NCBI GenBank assembly: GCA_036339955.1
Contig: JAYYZX010000025.1
Coordinates: 66,631 to 130,630, forward strand
DNA: 64,000 nt
Direction of reading: 5' to 3'
From: Bacteroidota bacterium
GTDB taxonomy: Bacteria; Bacteroidota; Bacteroidia; Flavobacteriales; BACL11
The translations under genes were made by a program, and so were the position numbers. The notes beneath the pieces were generated by a model, which worked only from the letters and a program-made list of their open reading frames with translations, had not been told where the DNA came from and searched no databases. Shown here in pieces: positions 19,636-28,437 of the stretch. Positions within the stretch are counted from its first letter, which is position 1, and every line of letters starts with the position of its first letter.

Positions 19636-21825
19636 ATGGATTTTTCTACAGAATTATTGCATAACAATTTAAAAAAAAATTTTGGCTTCGATAGTTTTAA
19701 AGGAGCGCAAGAAAAAATTATTACAACTCTTTTACAAGAAGAAGATGTGATGGTGATTATGCCGACAGGAGGAGGTAAATCAATGTGTTATCAGCTTCCG
19801 GCACTTATAGGTGATGGAGTAGCAATTATTGTTTCTCCTTTGATTGCTCTAATGAAAAATCAAGTTGACACTATAAGAGGATTTAATAAAAATAACTCTA
19901 TTGCTCACGTTTTAAATTCATCATTAACAAAAACAGAAACTCTACAGGTAAAAAACGATCTTTTAGAGGGAAAAACAAAAATGCTATATGTTGCCCCTGA
20001 ATCACTAATAAAGCAAACAAATATTGAATTATTAAAAACATTAAGAATTAATTTTTATGCAATAGATGAGGCTCATTGTATCTCAGAGTGGGGACACGAT
20101 TTTAGACCTGAATATCGTAAATTAAGACAGATTATAGAAAACATAAAACGTAGACCTATAATAGCACTCACAGCAACTGCAACACCAAAAGTTCGTCAAG
20201 ATATAATAAAAAATTTACGTATTAATAGCGCTCAACTTTTTATAGACTCTTTTAATAGAAGTAATCTATTTTATGAAATAAAACCAAAACTTGATGTTGC
20301 AAAACAGATCATACAATTTATACATTTACATAAAGGTGAATCTGGCATAGTATATTGCCTAAGCAGAAAGAAAGTAGAAGAAATAGCTGAAATACTTCAA
20401 ATTAATGGAATCAAGGCATTGCCTTATCATGCTGGCCTTGAACCGAAAACCAGAATAATAAATCAAGATGCATTTTTAATGGAAGAGTGTGATGTTATTG
20501 TAGCTACTATTGCTTTCGGTATGGGAATTGATAAGCCTGATATTCGTTTTGTAATCCATCACGACATCCCTAAAAGCCTAGAAGGATACTACCAGGAAAC
20601 TGGCAGGGCTGGTAGAGATGGAGGTAAAGGAAATTGCATTACTTTCTATGATTACAAAGACATTGAAAAATTAGAAAAATTTTTACAAGGCAAGCCAGTT
20701 GCAGAACAAGAAGTTGGAAGATTATTGATTATGGAAACAATTGCTTTCTCAGAAAGTTCAATGTGTAGAAGGAAATATCTACTACACTATTTTGGCGAAA
20801 GCTTTAAAGAAGAAGATTGTCAAAACATGTGTGACAATTGTAGTAATCCAAAGCCAACCATAGAAGGAAAAAAGTATGTTTCATTATTACTAAATACTAT
20901 ATATAAATGTAATGAAAAGTTTAAGCCTAAAGAAATAGCAAAAATTATGATCGGAGAGTCAAACAGTTTGATAAATCAATATATGAATCAGATTCAAGAT
21001 GTCTTTGGGAAAGGGGAAGAGAAGGGAGTTGGTTTTTGGCATGCAGTAATAAGACAGATATATGTTAAGAAATTAATTACAAAAGAAATTGAGACATACG
21101 GTATATTAAAATTAACTGATGATGGGAAGCGGTACTTAAAAACCCCTTATAGTTTCAAACTTAGTGAAGATCATGATTATAATGACTTAAGTGCTGCTCA
21201 AGAAACAATAAGTCGAGCTAAGGGAGAGGCTGTAGATAAAACTCTTTTTAATATTTTAAAAAATTTAAGAAAAAAAGAAGCGAAAACACAAAACCTTCCT
21301 CCAACAATATTATTTACAGAACCATCTTTAATTGATATGGCAAATCAATATCCAATTACATTGGAAGAAATGGCATTAATTCAAGGAGTAGGGCAAGGAA
21401 AAGCCGAAAAATATGGTAAAAATTTTATCAAAGTAATTGCGGAATATGTAGAAAAAAATCAAATAGAACGTTTAGAGGACATAGCTGTACGGTCTGTAGC
21501 TAAGAAATCTAGTAATAAAGTCTATATTATTCAATCCCTAGATAAAAACCTAAGCTTAGAAGATATAGCTAGATCTAAAAAATTAACTTTAGATGAATTA
21601 ATACTGGAATTAGAAGCTATTGTTGAGTCTGGAACAAAAATTAATTTAGAACATATAATTAACGACATAGTAGATGACGATGAAATTGTTGAATTATATG
21701 AAATATTTCGAGAAACAAATACAGCTTCATTTGAAGAAATCCGATCTGAATTCTCAGATGATGAATTCTCAGATGATGAAATTAAATTATTACGTATCCA
21801 TTTTATATCAAAAATAGGAAACTAA
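19636..21825 (+). CDS. recQ: ATP-dependent DNA helicase RecQ
   Basis: 729 aa; motif I MPTGGGKS, DEAH box AIDEAHCISEWGHDFRPEY, Zn-binding Cys cluster, HRDC region and long C-terminal extension. Confidence 0.95.
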   Translation: MDFSTELLHNNLKKNFGFDSFKGAQEKIITTLLQEEDVMVIMPTGGGKSMCYQLPALIGDGVAIIVSPLIALMKNQVDTIRGFNKNNSIAHVLNSSLTKTETLQVKNDLLEGKTKMLYVAPESLIKQTNIELLKTLRINFYAIDEAHCISEWGHDFRPEYRKLRQIIENIKRRPIIALTATATPKVRQDIIKNLRINSAQLFIDSFNRSNLFYEIKPKLDVAKQIIQFIHLHKGESGIVYCLSRKKVEEIAEILQINGIKALPYHAGLEPKTRIINQDAFLMEECDVIVATIAFGMGIDKPDIRFVIHHDIPKSLEGYYQETGRAGRDGGKGNCITFYDYKDIEKLEKFLQGKPVAEQEVGRLLIMETIAFSESSMCRRKYLLHYFGESFKEEDCQNMCDNCSNPKPTIEGKKYVSLLLNTIYKCNEKFKPKEIAKIMIGESNSLINQYMNQIQDVFGKGEEKGVGFWHAVIRQIYVKKLITKEIETYGILKLTDDGKRYLKTPYSFKLSEDHDYNDLSAAQETISRAKGEAVDKTLFNILKNLRKKEAKTQNLPPTILFTEPSLIDMANQYPITLEEMALIQGVGQGKAEKYGKNFIKVIAEYVEKNQIERLEDIAVRSVAKKSSNKVYIIQSLDKNLSLEDIARSKKLTLDELILELEAIVESGTKINLEHIINDIVDDDEIVELYEIFRETNTASFEEIRSEFSDDEFSDDEIKLLRIHFISKIGN

Positions 21826-21826
21826 A

Positions 21827-22345
21827 ATGCAAACTTTAATTATTTCTTCTTCATTGTCTCCAAAATCCCGTTCTTATATTTTATGTGAATATCTTGCTGG
21901 AGAACTTAAAGAAAATGGAGTTACTGTAGAAATATTTGATGCTAGGAAGATAAAACTAAGTTCTTGTCATTCAGAAATGACACAAGGGATGAATAAACTA
22001 AAAAATAAAGTTAAAGCATGTGATAATATAATCTTTGGTATGGGGATTCATAATTACTCTATTAGTGATTCTTTAAAGATTATTTTAGATAATTGCATAG
22101 ATGGAGCTTCAGGAAAATTCTTTGGTATATTATGTGCTGCTGGAGGAGAGAGAAGCTACTTGGCTACTATGCATCTTACTCAAATATGTATGAATGAATG
22201 GCATATGATACAGCTACCTAGGATAATTTATGCAACATCAAAAGAATTTAATGAAGAAAATAAAATATCAAATCCGGAAATTAAAAAAAGACTTAAAAAT
22301 TTTGCGCAAGAGTTTTATACAATTGGCCGAAAATTAATTAGTTAA
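21827..22345 (+). CDS. NAD(P)H-dependent FMN reductase family oxidoreductase
   Basis: 172 aa; flavodoxin-like N-terminus MQTLIISSSLSPKSRS typical of the FMN_red family. Confidence 0.65.
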   Translation: MQTLIISSSLSPKSRSYILCEYLAGELKENGVTVEIFDARKIKLSSCHSEMTQGMNKLKNKVKACDNIIFGMGIHNYSISDSLKIILDNCIDGASGKFFGILCAAGGERSYLATMHLTQICMNEWHMIQLPRIIYATSKEFNEENKISNPEIKKRLKNFAQEFYTIGRKLIS

Positions 22346-23511
22346 TGACAAATTGCAAGCCATGCCATTAACCCCATCCCTAATTCAAGTGATTCTTCAT
22401 CAATATTAAACTTAGATGTATGTAAATTATGTGTGATTCCTGCTTTATGATTTGCTGTTCCTAAGCGATAAAAACACCCAGGAATTTCTTTTGTGTAATA
22501 TGCAAAATCTTCAGCAGTCATTCTAAGAGGTAATTCAACAACTTTCTTTTCTCCTAGAAAATCTTTAGCTAACTTTATAGATTGTAATGTAAGCTCTTTA
22601 TTATTATATAATGAAGGATATCCTATACGGATTTCAAAATTTATCTCAATCTTGTATTTTACTTCTATTTTGTTAGCTATCTCTAACATGTCTTTATGAG
22701 CTTGAAATCTCCAATTATCATCAATACATCTAAATGTCCCCATCATGTCTAATTCTTTTGGAATAATATTGGTGGAGCCTTGAGCATTTATGTATCCTAT
22801 TGAGAAAATAGATGGTCTATTTCTCTCAGCATCAAAATATTTATATAATAAATTAATTAGCTCTGTACTGATAACAATAGGATTTACTGTTTTAAGAGGT
22901 AGGGCTGCATGACCTCCAACTCCTTGAATATTAATGTAGATTTCATCTGTTGAAGCCATATATTCTCCTGTTTTAAATCCAACTTTTCCTTTTTCTAAAT
23001 CTGGATATACATGTTGCCCGAAAATCTGATTAACATTTGGTGATTTTAAAACCCCATCTTTTATCATTTGTTTAGCCCCTCCTGGTAAGCGCTCCTCAGC
23101 AGGTTGGAAAATAAACTTTACTGTACCTTTCCAATGATCTTTTAATCTATTTAATATCTTAATTGTTCCTAATAGAGATGCCGTATGAGCATCATGACCA
23201 CATGCATGCATTACCCCATGGGTTAAAGAACAATAGTCTATATCATTCTCTTCTAAAATAGGTAGAGCATCAAAATCAGCACGAAGAGCTGTGACATTAG
23301 AGTTATACGATTTCCCTTTTATAACACCAACAATACCTGTTTTTGCATAATTTGTTTTAAATTTTACCCCCCATTTCTTTAAAATCTTTTGAATATACTT
23401 TGATGTATTTTCTTCTTGAAAAGAAAGCTCTGGATGCTTATGTAAATATCTTCGGATTTGAACTATCTCATTGAAGTATTCTTTAGCTAATTCTTTAATT
23501 TCATTTTTCAT
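22342..23511 (-). CDS. M20 family amidohydrolase (N-acyl-L-amino acid amidohydrolase-like)
   Basis: 389 aa; metal-binding motif HACGHDAHTA; M20D-like length. Confidence 0.85.
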   Translation of the reverse strand: MKNEIKELAKEYFNEIVQIRRYLHKHPELSFQEENTSKYIQKILKKWGVKFKTNYAKTGIVGVIKGKSYNSNVTALRADFDALPILEENDIDYCSLTHGVMHACGHDAHTASLLGTIKILNRLKDHWKGTVKFIFQPAEERLPGGAKQMIKDGVLKSPNVNQIFGQHVYPDLEKGKVGFKTGEYMASTDEIYINIQGVGGHAALPLKTVNPIVISTELINLLYKYFDAERNRPSIFSIGYINAQGSTNIIPKELDMMGTFRCIDDNWRFQAHKDMLEIANKIEVKYKIEINFEIRIGYPSLYNNKELTLQSIKLAKDFLGEKKVVELPLRMTAEDFAYYTKEIPGCFYRLGTANHKAGITHNLHTSKFNIDEESLELGMGLMAWLAICH

Positions 23512-23561
23512 CTATTAAAATCTAGGAGAGAAATATTAAAACAATCATAACCAATATAGTC

Positions 23562-23569
23562 CAAAACTA
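23562..23569 (-). promoter_or_regulatory. -7 box TAGTTTTG upstream of the M20 amidohydrolase gene
   Basis: Plus strand CAAAACTA at 23562-23569, 50 nt upstream of the ATG at 23511. Confidence 0.3.
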
Positions 23570-23589
23570 CTAAAAATAGATATAACTTA

Positions 23590-23597
23590 TATCTTTG
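23590..23597 (+). promoter_or_regulatory. -7 box TATCTTTG upstream of the MBL-fold hydrolase gene
   Basis: TATCTTTG at 23590-23597. It overlaps the GTG used by the ORF track and so favours the ATG at 23618 as the start. Confidence 0.4.
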
Positions 23598-23617
23598 TGA
23601 TAAAAATTGACACACTA

Positions 23618-24256
23618 ATGAAGATTAAGATATTTACTTTTAACTCATTCCAAGAAAATACATTAATTGTGTATGACGACACAAAAGAATGTATCATTAT
23701 AGATCCTGGATGTTATACAGAAACTGAAAAAGAAACTCTTACATCTTTTATTTATCAAAATCAATTAAACCCTACAAAACTTATAAATACACATTGCCAT
23801 ATTGACCATATATTAGGGAACGAATTTGTTATGAAGAAATTTGGGCTAGATCTTGAAATACATAAGGAAGAATTATTTATACTTCAAAATAGTTTGGAAA
23901 TTGCAAAAATGTATGGGTTTTTCGAATATATTCAACCTACCAAACCACCATCATTCATTCGAGAAGGTGATAAAATCAGTTTTGGAGATTCAAGATTAAA
24001 TGTTTTATTTACTCCAGGGCATTCTCCAGGACATATTTCTCTGTTAAATAAAAAGCAAAATATATTAATTTCAGGAGATGTTGTATTTCAAGGTAGTATT
24101 GGAAGAACCGATTTACCAAATGGCGATTATAATCAATTGATCAAAAGTATAAAACAAAAAATACTACCATTAGCAGATAAACTTCAAATTTATCCTGGAC
24201 ATGGTCCTGTAACAAACCTAAGTTTTGAAAAAAAACATAATCCCTTCTTACAATAA
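23618..24256 (+). CDS. MBL-fold metallo-hydrolase (glyoxalase II-like)
   Basis: HxHxDH motif (HCHIDHILG) and downstream His/Asp ligands. Start moved to ATG 23618 (MKIKIFTFNSF...). Confidence 0.85.
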   Translation: MKIKIFTFNSFQENTLIVYDDTKECIIIDPGCYTETEKETLTSFIYQNQLNPTKLINTHCHIDHILGNEFVMKKFGLDLEIHKEELFILQNSLEIAKMYGFFEYIQPTKPPSFIREGDKISFGDSRLNVLFTPGHSPGHISLLNKKQNILISGDVVFQGSIGRTDLPNGDYNQLIKSIKQKILPLADKLQIYPGHGPVTNLSFEKKHNPFLQ

Positions 24257-24282
24257 CAGTATGTTTATGTAAAATAATTCGG

Positions 24283-26076
24283 TTATATACTATTATTTAA
24301 TATATCTCCTCTTAATAACCTAAATCGTTTTCTAGCCTCTGATGTGTAAATACTACCTTTATAATCTAATAATATTTTTTCATAATAATACATAGCTTTA
24401 TCTGAATCACGTAATTGATTCTCATAGATTTTGCCAAGCTGAAAAACAGCATCATCTGCCAATATATCATACGGATAATTTTCTAAAATATTTAGCAACA
24501 TTAAAACACCATCTTCTAAATTATTTAATCGAAAAAAAACATTAGACTTATTAAAATATATTTCATCTGTCAAGGAATGACCTGGTGCAAAAGCAAGAAT
24601 AGAATCATAGATGATCAAAGAAGAGTCTAACTTGTTTTTAAAAGTCAATAACTCTGCTTTAGCAAACATTTGCATTGTAATGTTTGTAGTATCTAACTCT
24701 AAATTATCTGTTATTAAAAGAGATAATTTCATCGCGTCATTAGCTATTAATTTTGATGTAGATGATTTTAAAACATCTAACTGTGCTTTAGCCCATTCAA
24801 AATCTCCTTGAAAAAAAGCAACTTTTGCTCGTTTTAATTTTGCTTCATGGCCTAATTTATGCTCTTTAAATTCTTTCTCTACTTGAGAATAATATAATAT
24901 TGCTTCCCACTCTTTATTAGATATTAACATTATATCTGCATATGCTAATTTACATTTAGCTATACTAATTCTTTCTGCCGAACTAATAGACATGGCGTCT
25001 TTCAAAATATTTGCAGCTGATTCCAAATCATATAAAGAAAATGCTTTGAAATTCGCATAATTTAGAAAAAGTAAAATAGTTTGCTTGTTTTTCCCTAACT
25101 TTTTTATCATATCCTTATACGAATTATCAATCATATGAGGATTATTATTTGATTGTTGTGACAACACATATAAACGTTTAATATTTGCTTTAATAAAATA
25201 ATTACGTTCCTGCTTTGAAATAATATAATCATATGCTTCAACAGCTAAATCATAATAATTGTGAGTCAAAAAAATATCTGCTATTTCATAAATTCTACTC
25301 CCATCTTCATCAAATCTTTTATCTAATGCTTTTGCTTGTAAAAAAGCAAGTTTAAATTGATGGTTTTGCATAAATAGCCAAATAAGTATTTCGGAAAAAT
25401 ATATTGTATGTTTATTGCTTTGCACATATCGCAATAAATGTTGCTTTACTAATTGATAATTTTTGTCACTTTTTATCCCATCATTATCAAGAAACTTTTC
25501 AATATTTGAAATTATTAATTGTTTTTTGTCAGGTTCCTTAGCTAAAAGCTTTAAATAAGTTTCAATCATTCTCTCTTGCTTCCCCATCAGTGAATATAAA
25601 TTAGCTTTCTGATGTAAGAAATTTAGATTTTTATTCTTTTTTTCTACATATAAATAAATATCTAATGCATAATCAAAAATTTGATAGCGAATAAATGTAT
25701 TACTAATATTAATAGTTTGTGATTTAGTATTATTTAACTTCTTTTTAAGTTTAAGAAAATTTTTATTAAATGATTTTTGATTATTACTCTTTAAATCACA
25801 TATAGATATCTCAGCTAAATATACAAGATTAGATGGAGATCTCTTACTCATTTTTAGCGCAAGACTCTTTGCTTCTTCATATTCTCCAATATTAAAATAA
25901 GAATTAAAGTACGGATAGTAATAAGAGGCAGAGAATGTCTGTTTACTTAATTCTTTATAAATACGAATAGCTTCCTTATAATTCCCATTCTGAAAATCTT
26001 GATATGCTTTCTGCTGTTGATTAGTTTGACTAAATACGAAAGATGAGAAAAATATAAAAAAAAGTGTTAATCTCAT
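24283..26076 (-). CDS. secreted TPR-repeat protein
   Basis: 597 aa; signal peptide MRLTLFFIFFSSFVFS|Q; repeated Y/A-rich helical TPR-like units. Starts directly after the serS stop with a 0-nt gap. Confidence 0.7.
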   Translation of the reverse strand: MRLTLFFIFFSSFVFSQTNQQQKAYQDFQNGNYKEAIRIYKELSKQTFSASYYYPYFNSYFNIGEYEEAKSLALKMSKRSPSNLVYLAEISICDLKSNNQKSFNKNFLKLKKKLNNTKSQTINISNTFIRYQIFDYALDIYLYVEKKNKNLNFLHQKANLYSLMGKQERMIETYLKLLAKEPDKKQLIISNIEKFLDNDGIKSDKNYQLVKQHLLRYVQSNKHTIYFSEILIWLFMQNHQFKLAFLQAKALDKRFDEDGSRIYEIADIFLTHNYYDLAVEAYDYIISKQERNYFIKANIKRLYVLSQQSNNNPHMIDNSYKDMIKKLGKNKQTILLFLNYANFKAFSLYDLESAANILKDAMSISSAERISIAKCKLAYADIMLISNKEWEAILYYSQVEKEFKEHKLGHEAKLKRAKVAFFQGDFEWAKAQLDVLKSSTSKLIANDAMKLSLLITDNLELDTTNITMQMFAKAELLTFKNKLDSSLIIYDSILAFAPGHSLTDEIYFNKSNVFFRLNNLEDGVLMLLNILENYPYDILADDAVFQLGKIYENQLRDSDKAMYYYEKILLDYKGSIYTSEARKRFRLLRGDILNNSI

Positions 26077-27354
26077 TTATTGAATAATCTTGAAATCTAA
26101 ATATGAATGTAAACATTTTGGAATATTAATACTGCCTGATTGATTTTGATTATTTTCAACAATAGCAGCAAAAATTCTAGGAAGTGCTAATGCACTACCA
26201 TTTAATGTGTGACATAATTTATTTTCACCTTTATCATTTTTATAACGTAATTTTAAACGATTTGCCTGATAAGATTCGAAATTAGAAACTGAACTAACTT
26301 CTAACCATTTTTTTTGGGCAGCAGAATAAACTTCAAAATCATATGTTAATGCAGATGTAAAACTCAAATCACCACCACAAAGCTGAATAATTCTATATGG
26401 TAAGTTTAGCTCATCCAAAATCATGGCAATATGATCAACCATTGATTCTAAAGTCTTATATGAATTTTGTGGGGAGTCTATTTGTACAATCTCAACTTTA
26501 TCAAATTGATGTAATCTGTTAAGACCTCTTACATCTTTGCCATAAGATCCAGCTTCTCTTCTAAAACACGGAGTATATGCAGTACATTTTACTGGGAAAT
26601 CACTTTCTTTCAAAATTACATTTCTATATAAATTAGTTATTGGAACTTCTGCAGTTGGAATAAGGAATAAATTATTTTCTGATGGAACCTTAAATAAATC
26701 ATCTTCAAATTTTGGCAATTGTCCGGTTCCAAATCCTGATGATTCATTAACTAAATGTGGAGGTAAGTATTCAACATACCCAGCAGAAATATTTTTATCA
26801 AGAAAATAAGAGATTAACGCTCTCTGCAAACGTGCTCCTCTATCTATATACACAGGGAATCCTGCTCCTGTTATTTTATTACCTAATTCAAAATCAACAA
26901 GATTATATTTTTTAATCAAATCCCAATGCGGAAGAGCATCATCAAGCAATTGAGGTATGTCTCCAACTTCCTTAATAATTTTATTGTTATTTTCATTGTT
27001 TCCCAGCGGGACAGATATATGTGGAGTATTTGGAATATTACTTAACATTTCTAAAATCTTATCATTATAAGATTTGTACTTGTCTTGTAACTCTTGTACT
27101 TCTTTTTTAATTAATAAAGATTCCTCTTGTAATTCTTTAGCAGGATCTTGTTTCTTGTTTTTATATAAATCTGCTATTCTTTTATTTAATTGGTTAGTTT
27201 CTGCAAGTAATGCGTCAATTTTAGTTTGTGCTTGCTTACGTCTATCATCTAATTCAATGATTTTTTCTAGAATATTTTTTGAGTCAAGACCTCTTATGTT
27301 TAATCTTGTAATCATATCGCCGAAATCATTCCTTATGTTTCGTATGTCTAACAT
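26077..27354 (-). CDS. serS: serine--tRNA ligase
   Basis: 425 aa; N-terminal coiled-coil arm and class II aaRS core motifs (FRREAGS, GSALA). Confidence 0.95.
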   Translation of the reverse strand: MLDIRNIRNDFGDMITRLNIRGLDSKNILEKIIELDDRRKQAQTKIDALLAETNQLNKRIADLYKNKKQDPAKELQEESLLIKKEVQELQDKYKSYNDKILEMLSNIPNTPHISVPLGNNENNNKIIKEVGDIPQLLDDALPHWDLIKKYNLVDFELGNKITGAGFPVYIDRGARLQRALISYFLDKNISAGYVEYLPPHLVNESSGFGTGQLPKFEDDLFKVPSENNLFLIPTAEVPITNLYRNVILKESDFPVKCTAYTPCFRREAGSYGKDVRGLNRLHQFDKVEIVQIDSPQNSYKTLESMVDHIAMILDELNLPYRIIQLCGGDLSFTSALTYDFEVYSAAQKKWLEVSSVSNFESYQANRLKLRYKNDKGENKLCHTLNGSALALPRIFAAIVENNQNQSGSINIPKCLHSYLDFKIIQ

Positions 27355-27371
27355 ATTAAATTAGATTTTTA

Positions 27372-27379
27372 ACAAAAGT
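27372..27379 (-). promoter_or_regulatory. -7 box TACTTTTG upstream of serS
   Basis: Plus strand CAAAAGTA at 27372-27379, 17 nt upstream of the ATG at 27354. Confidence 0.4.
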
Positions 27380-27446
27380 AATTAAAAAAAAGCTTGATAT
27401 ATAAAGTTAAGAAAATTCAAAAAATATAGGTCAACTACTTGATTTG

Positions 27447-27695
27447 TTATTCTACAGATATGAAAGATTTATTATTCTTCTTACGAGTAAATTTAACAAT
27501 ACCATCTTTTAAGGCAAAAAGAGTATGATCTTTACCCATTCCAACATTATCACCTGCATTGTGCGTAGTGCCTCTTTGACGAATAATAATATTTCCGGCT
27601 ATAACATTTTGCCCTCCATAAATCTTAACCCCTAGACGTTTACTATGAGATTCTCTTCCGTTTTTACTGCTTCCTACTCCCTTTTTATGTGCCAT
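27447..27695 (-). CDS. rpmA: 50S ribosomal protein L27
   Basis: 82 aa; [17 protein letters not shown]-terminus. Confidence 0.95.
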   Translation of the reverse strand: MAHKKGVGSSKNGRESHSKRLGVKIYGGQNVIAGNIIIRQRGTTHNAGDNVGMGKDHTLFALKDGIVKFTRKKNNKSFISVE

Positions 27696-27719
27696 TTTCT
27701 ATTTATTTTATAATTATTA

Positions 27720-28253
27720 TTACTCTATATCTTTCTTCTTCGCAGTTGTTTTCTTTGTAGTTGCTTTCTTTGTAGTTGCTTTCTTTGTAGTTGCTTTCTT
27801 TGTAGTTGCTTTCTTTGTAGTTGCTTTCTTTGTAGTTGCTTTCTTTGTAGCTACTTTCTTTGTAGCTACTTTCTTTGTAGTTGCTTTCTTTGTAGATACA
27901 TTATCTTTTTTAGGCTTAGCATCTTCTTTACTACGACTCACTTTTGTGTCAATATTCTTAATCTTTATTTTGGTAAAAAACTGCCTATGTCCATTCCTTA
28001 CTTTATAACCCTTCCTTCTTTTTTTCTTAAAAACTACTACTTTATCTCCTTTTAAATGAGTTAAAACCTCAGCTGTTACAGCAGTATTTTCTAATACAGG
28101 AGTACCAATACTAACTAGCCCATTATTTTCTATCAACAAGACTTTATTAAAGATGATTTCTTCACCCTCTTTATTCTCCAGCCTATGAACATAAATTTGT
28201 TGGTCATTCTCAACTTTAAATTGCTGGCCTGCTATTTCAACTATGGCATACAT
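27720..28253 (-). CDS. rplU: 50S ribosomal protein L21 with a Lys-rich (KKATT)n C-terminal extension
   Basis: 177 aa. The N-terminal ~105 aa (MYAIVEIAGQQFKVE...) is canonical L21. The C-terminal ~70 aa is a low-complexity KKATT/KKVAT repeat encoded by the 15-bp tandem repeat. Confidence 0.9.
   Translation of the reverse strand: MYAIVEIAGQQFKVENDQQIYVHRLENKEGEEIIFNKVLLIENNGLVSIGTPVLENTAVTAEVLTHLKGDKVVVFKKKRRKGYKVRNGHRQFFTKIKIKNIDTKVSRSKEDAKPKKDNVSTKKATTKKVATKKVATKKATTKKATTKKATTKKATTKKATTKKATTKKTTAKKKDIE
27746..27895. repeat. 10 x 15-bp near-perfect tandem repeat (TTGCTTTCTTTGTAG) inside rplU
   Basis: Units start at 27746, 27761, ... 27881. Unit 1 has one mismatch. Units 8-9 read CTACTTTCTTTGTAG. 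In frame on the minus strand this gives T-K-K-A-T per unit. Confidence 0.95.
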
Positions 28254-28278
28254 TATAATATCTTTAAAAAAACGGATG

Positions 28279-28286
28279 CAAATTTA
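28279..28286 (-). promoter_or_regulatory. -7 box TAAATTTG upstream of rplU-rpmA
   Basis: Plus strand CAAATTTA at 28279-28286, 25 nt upstream of the rplU ATG at 28253. Confidence 0.35.
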
Positions 28287-28411
28287 CAAAATATCATTAT
28301 TCTTAGCAAGATTAAGCTGCATTTTATTGTACAATAAAAAATATGTAATTAAATTGTTAAAAATAATAACTATTTGATAAAATTATAAAATAATTATTAT
28401 GATTAATAATT

Positions 28412-28419
28412 TATCTTTG
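28412..28419 (+). promoter_or_regulatory. -7 box TATCTTTG upstream of the metalloprotease gene
   Basis: TATCTTTG at 28412-28419, 19 nt before the ATG at 28438. Confidence 0.35.
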
Positions 28420-28437
28420 TAAAAAGATTCATAATCT

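Noticed and set aside
21748-21777. Perfect 2 x 15-bp tandem duplication GAATTCTCAGATGAT in the recQ 3' region, encoding EFSDD-EFSDD.
   Set aside because: It is real in the sequence, but it is a minor in-frame duplication in a poorly conserved acidic C-terminal tail. There is no sign of functional significance.
27720-27900. Whether the Lys-rich repeat after L21 is a separate histone-like gene fused by misassembly.
   Set aside because: The reading frame is continuous from the L21 core through the repeat to a single TAA. There is no internal start or stop and no intergenic signal, so I treat it as a genuine C-terminal extension pending read-level verification.
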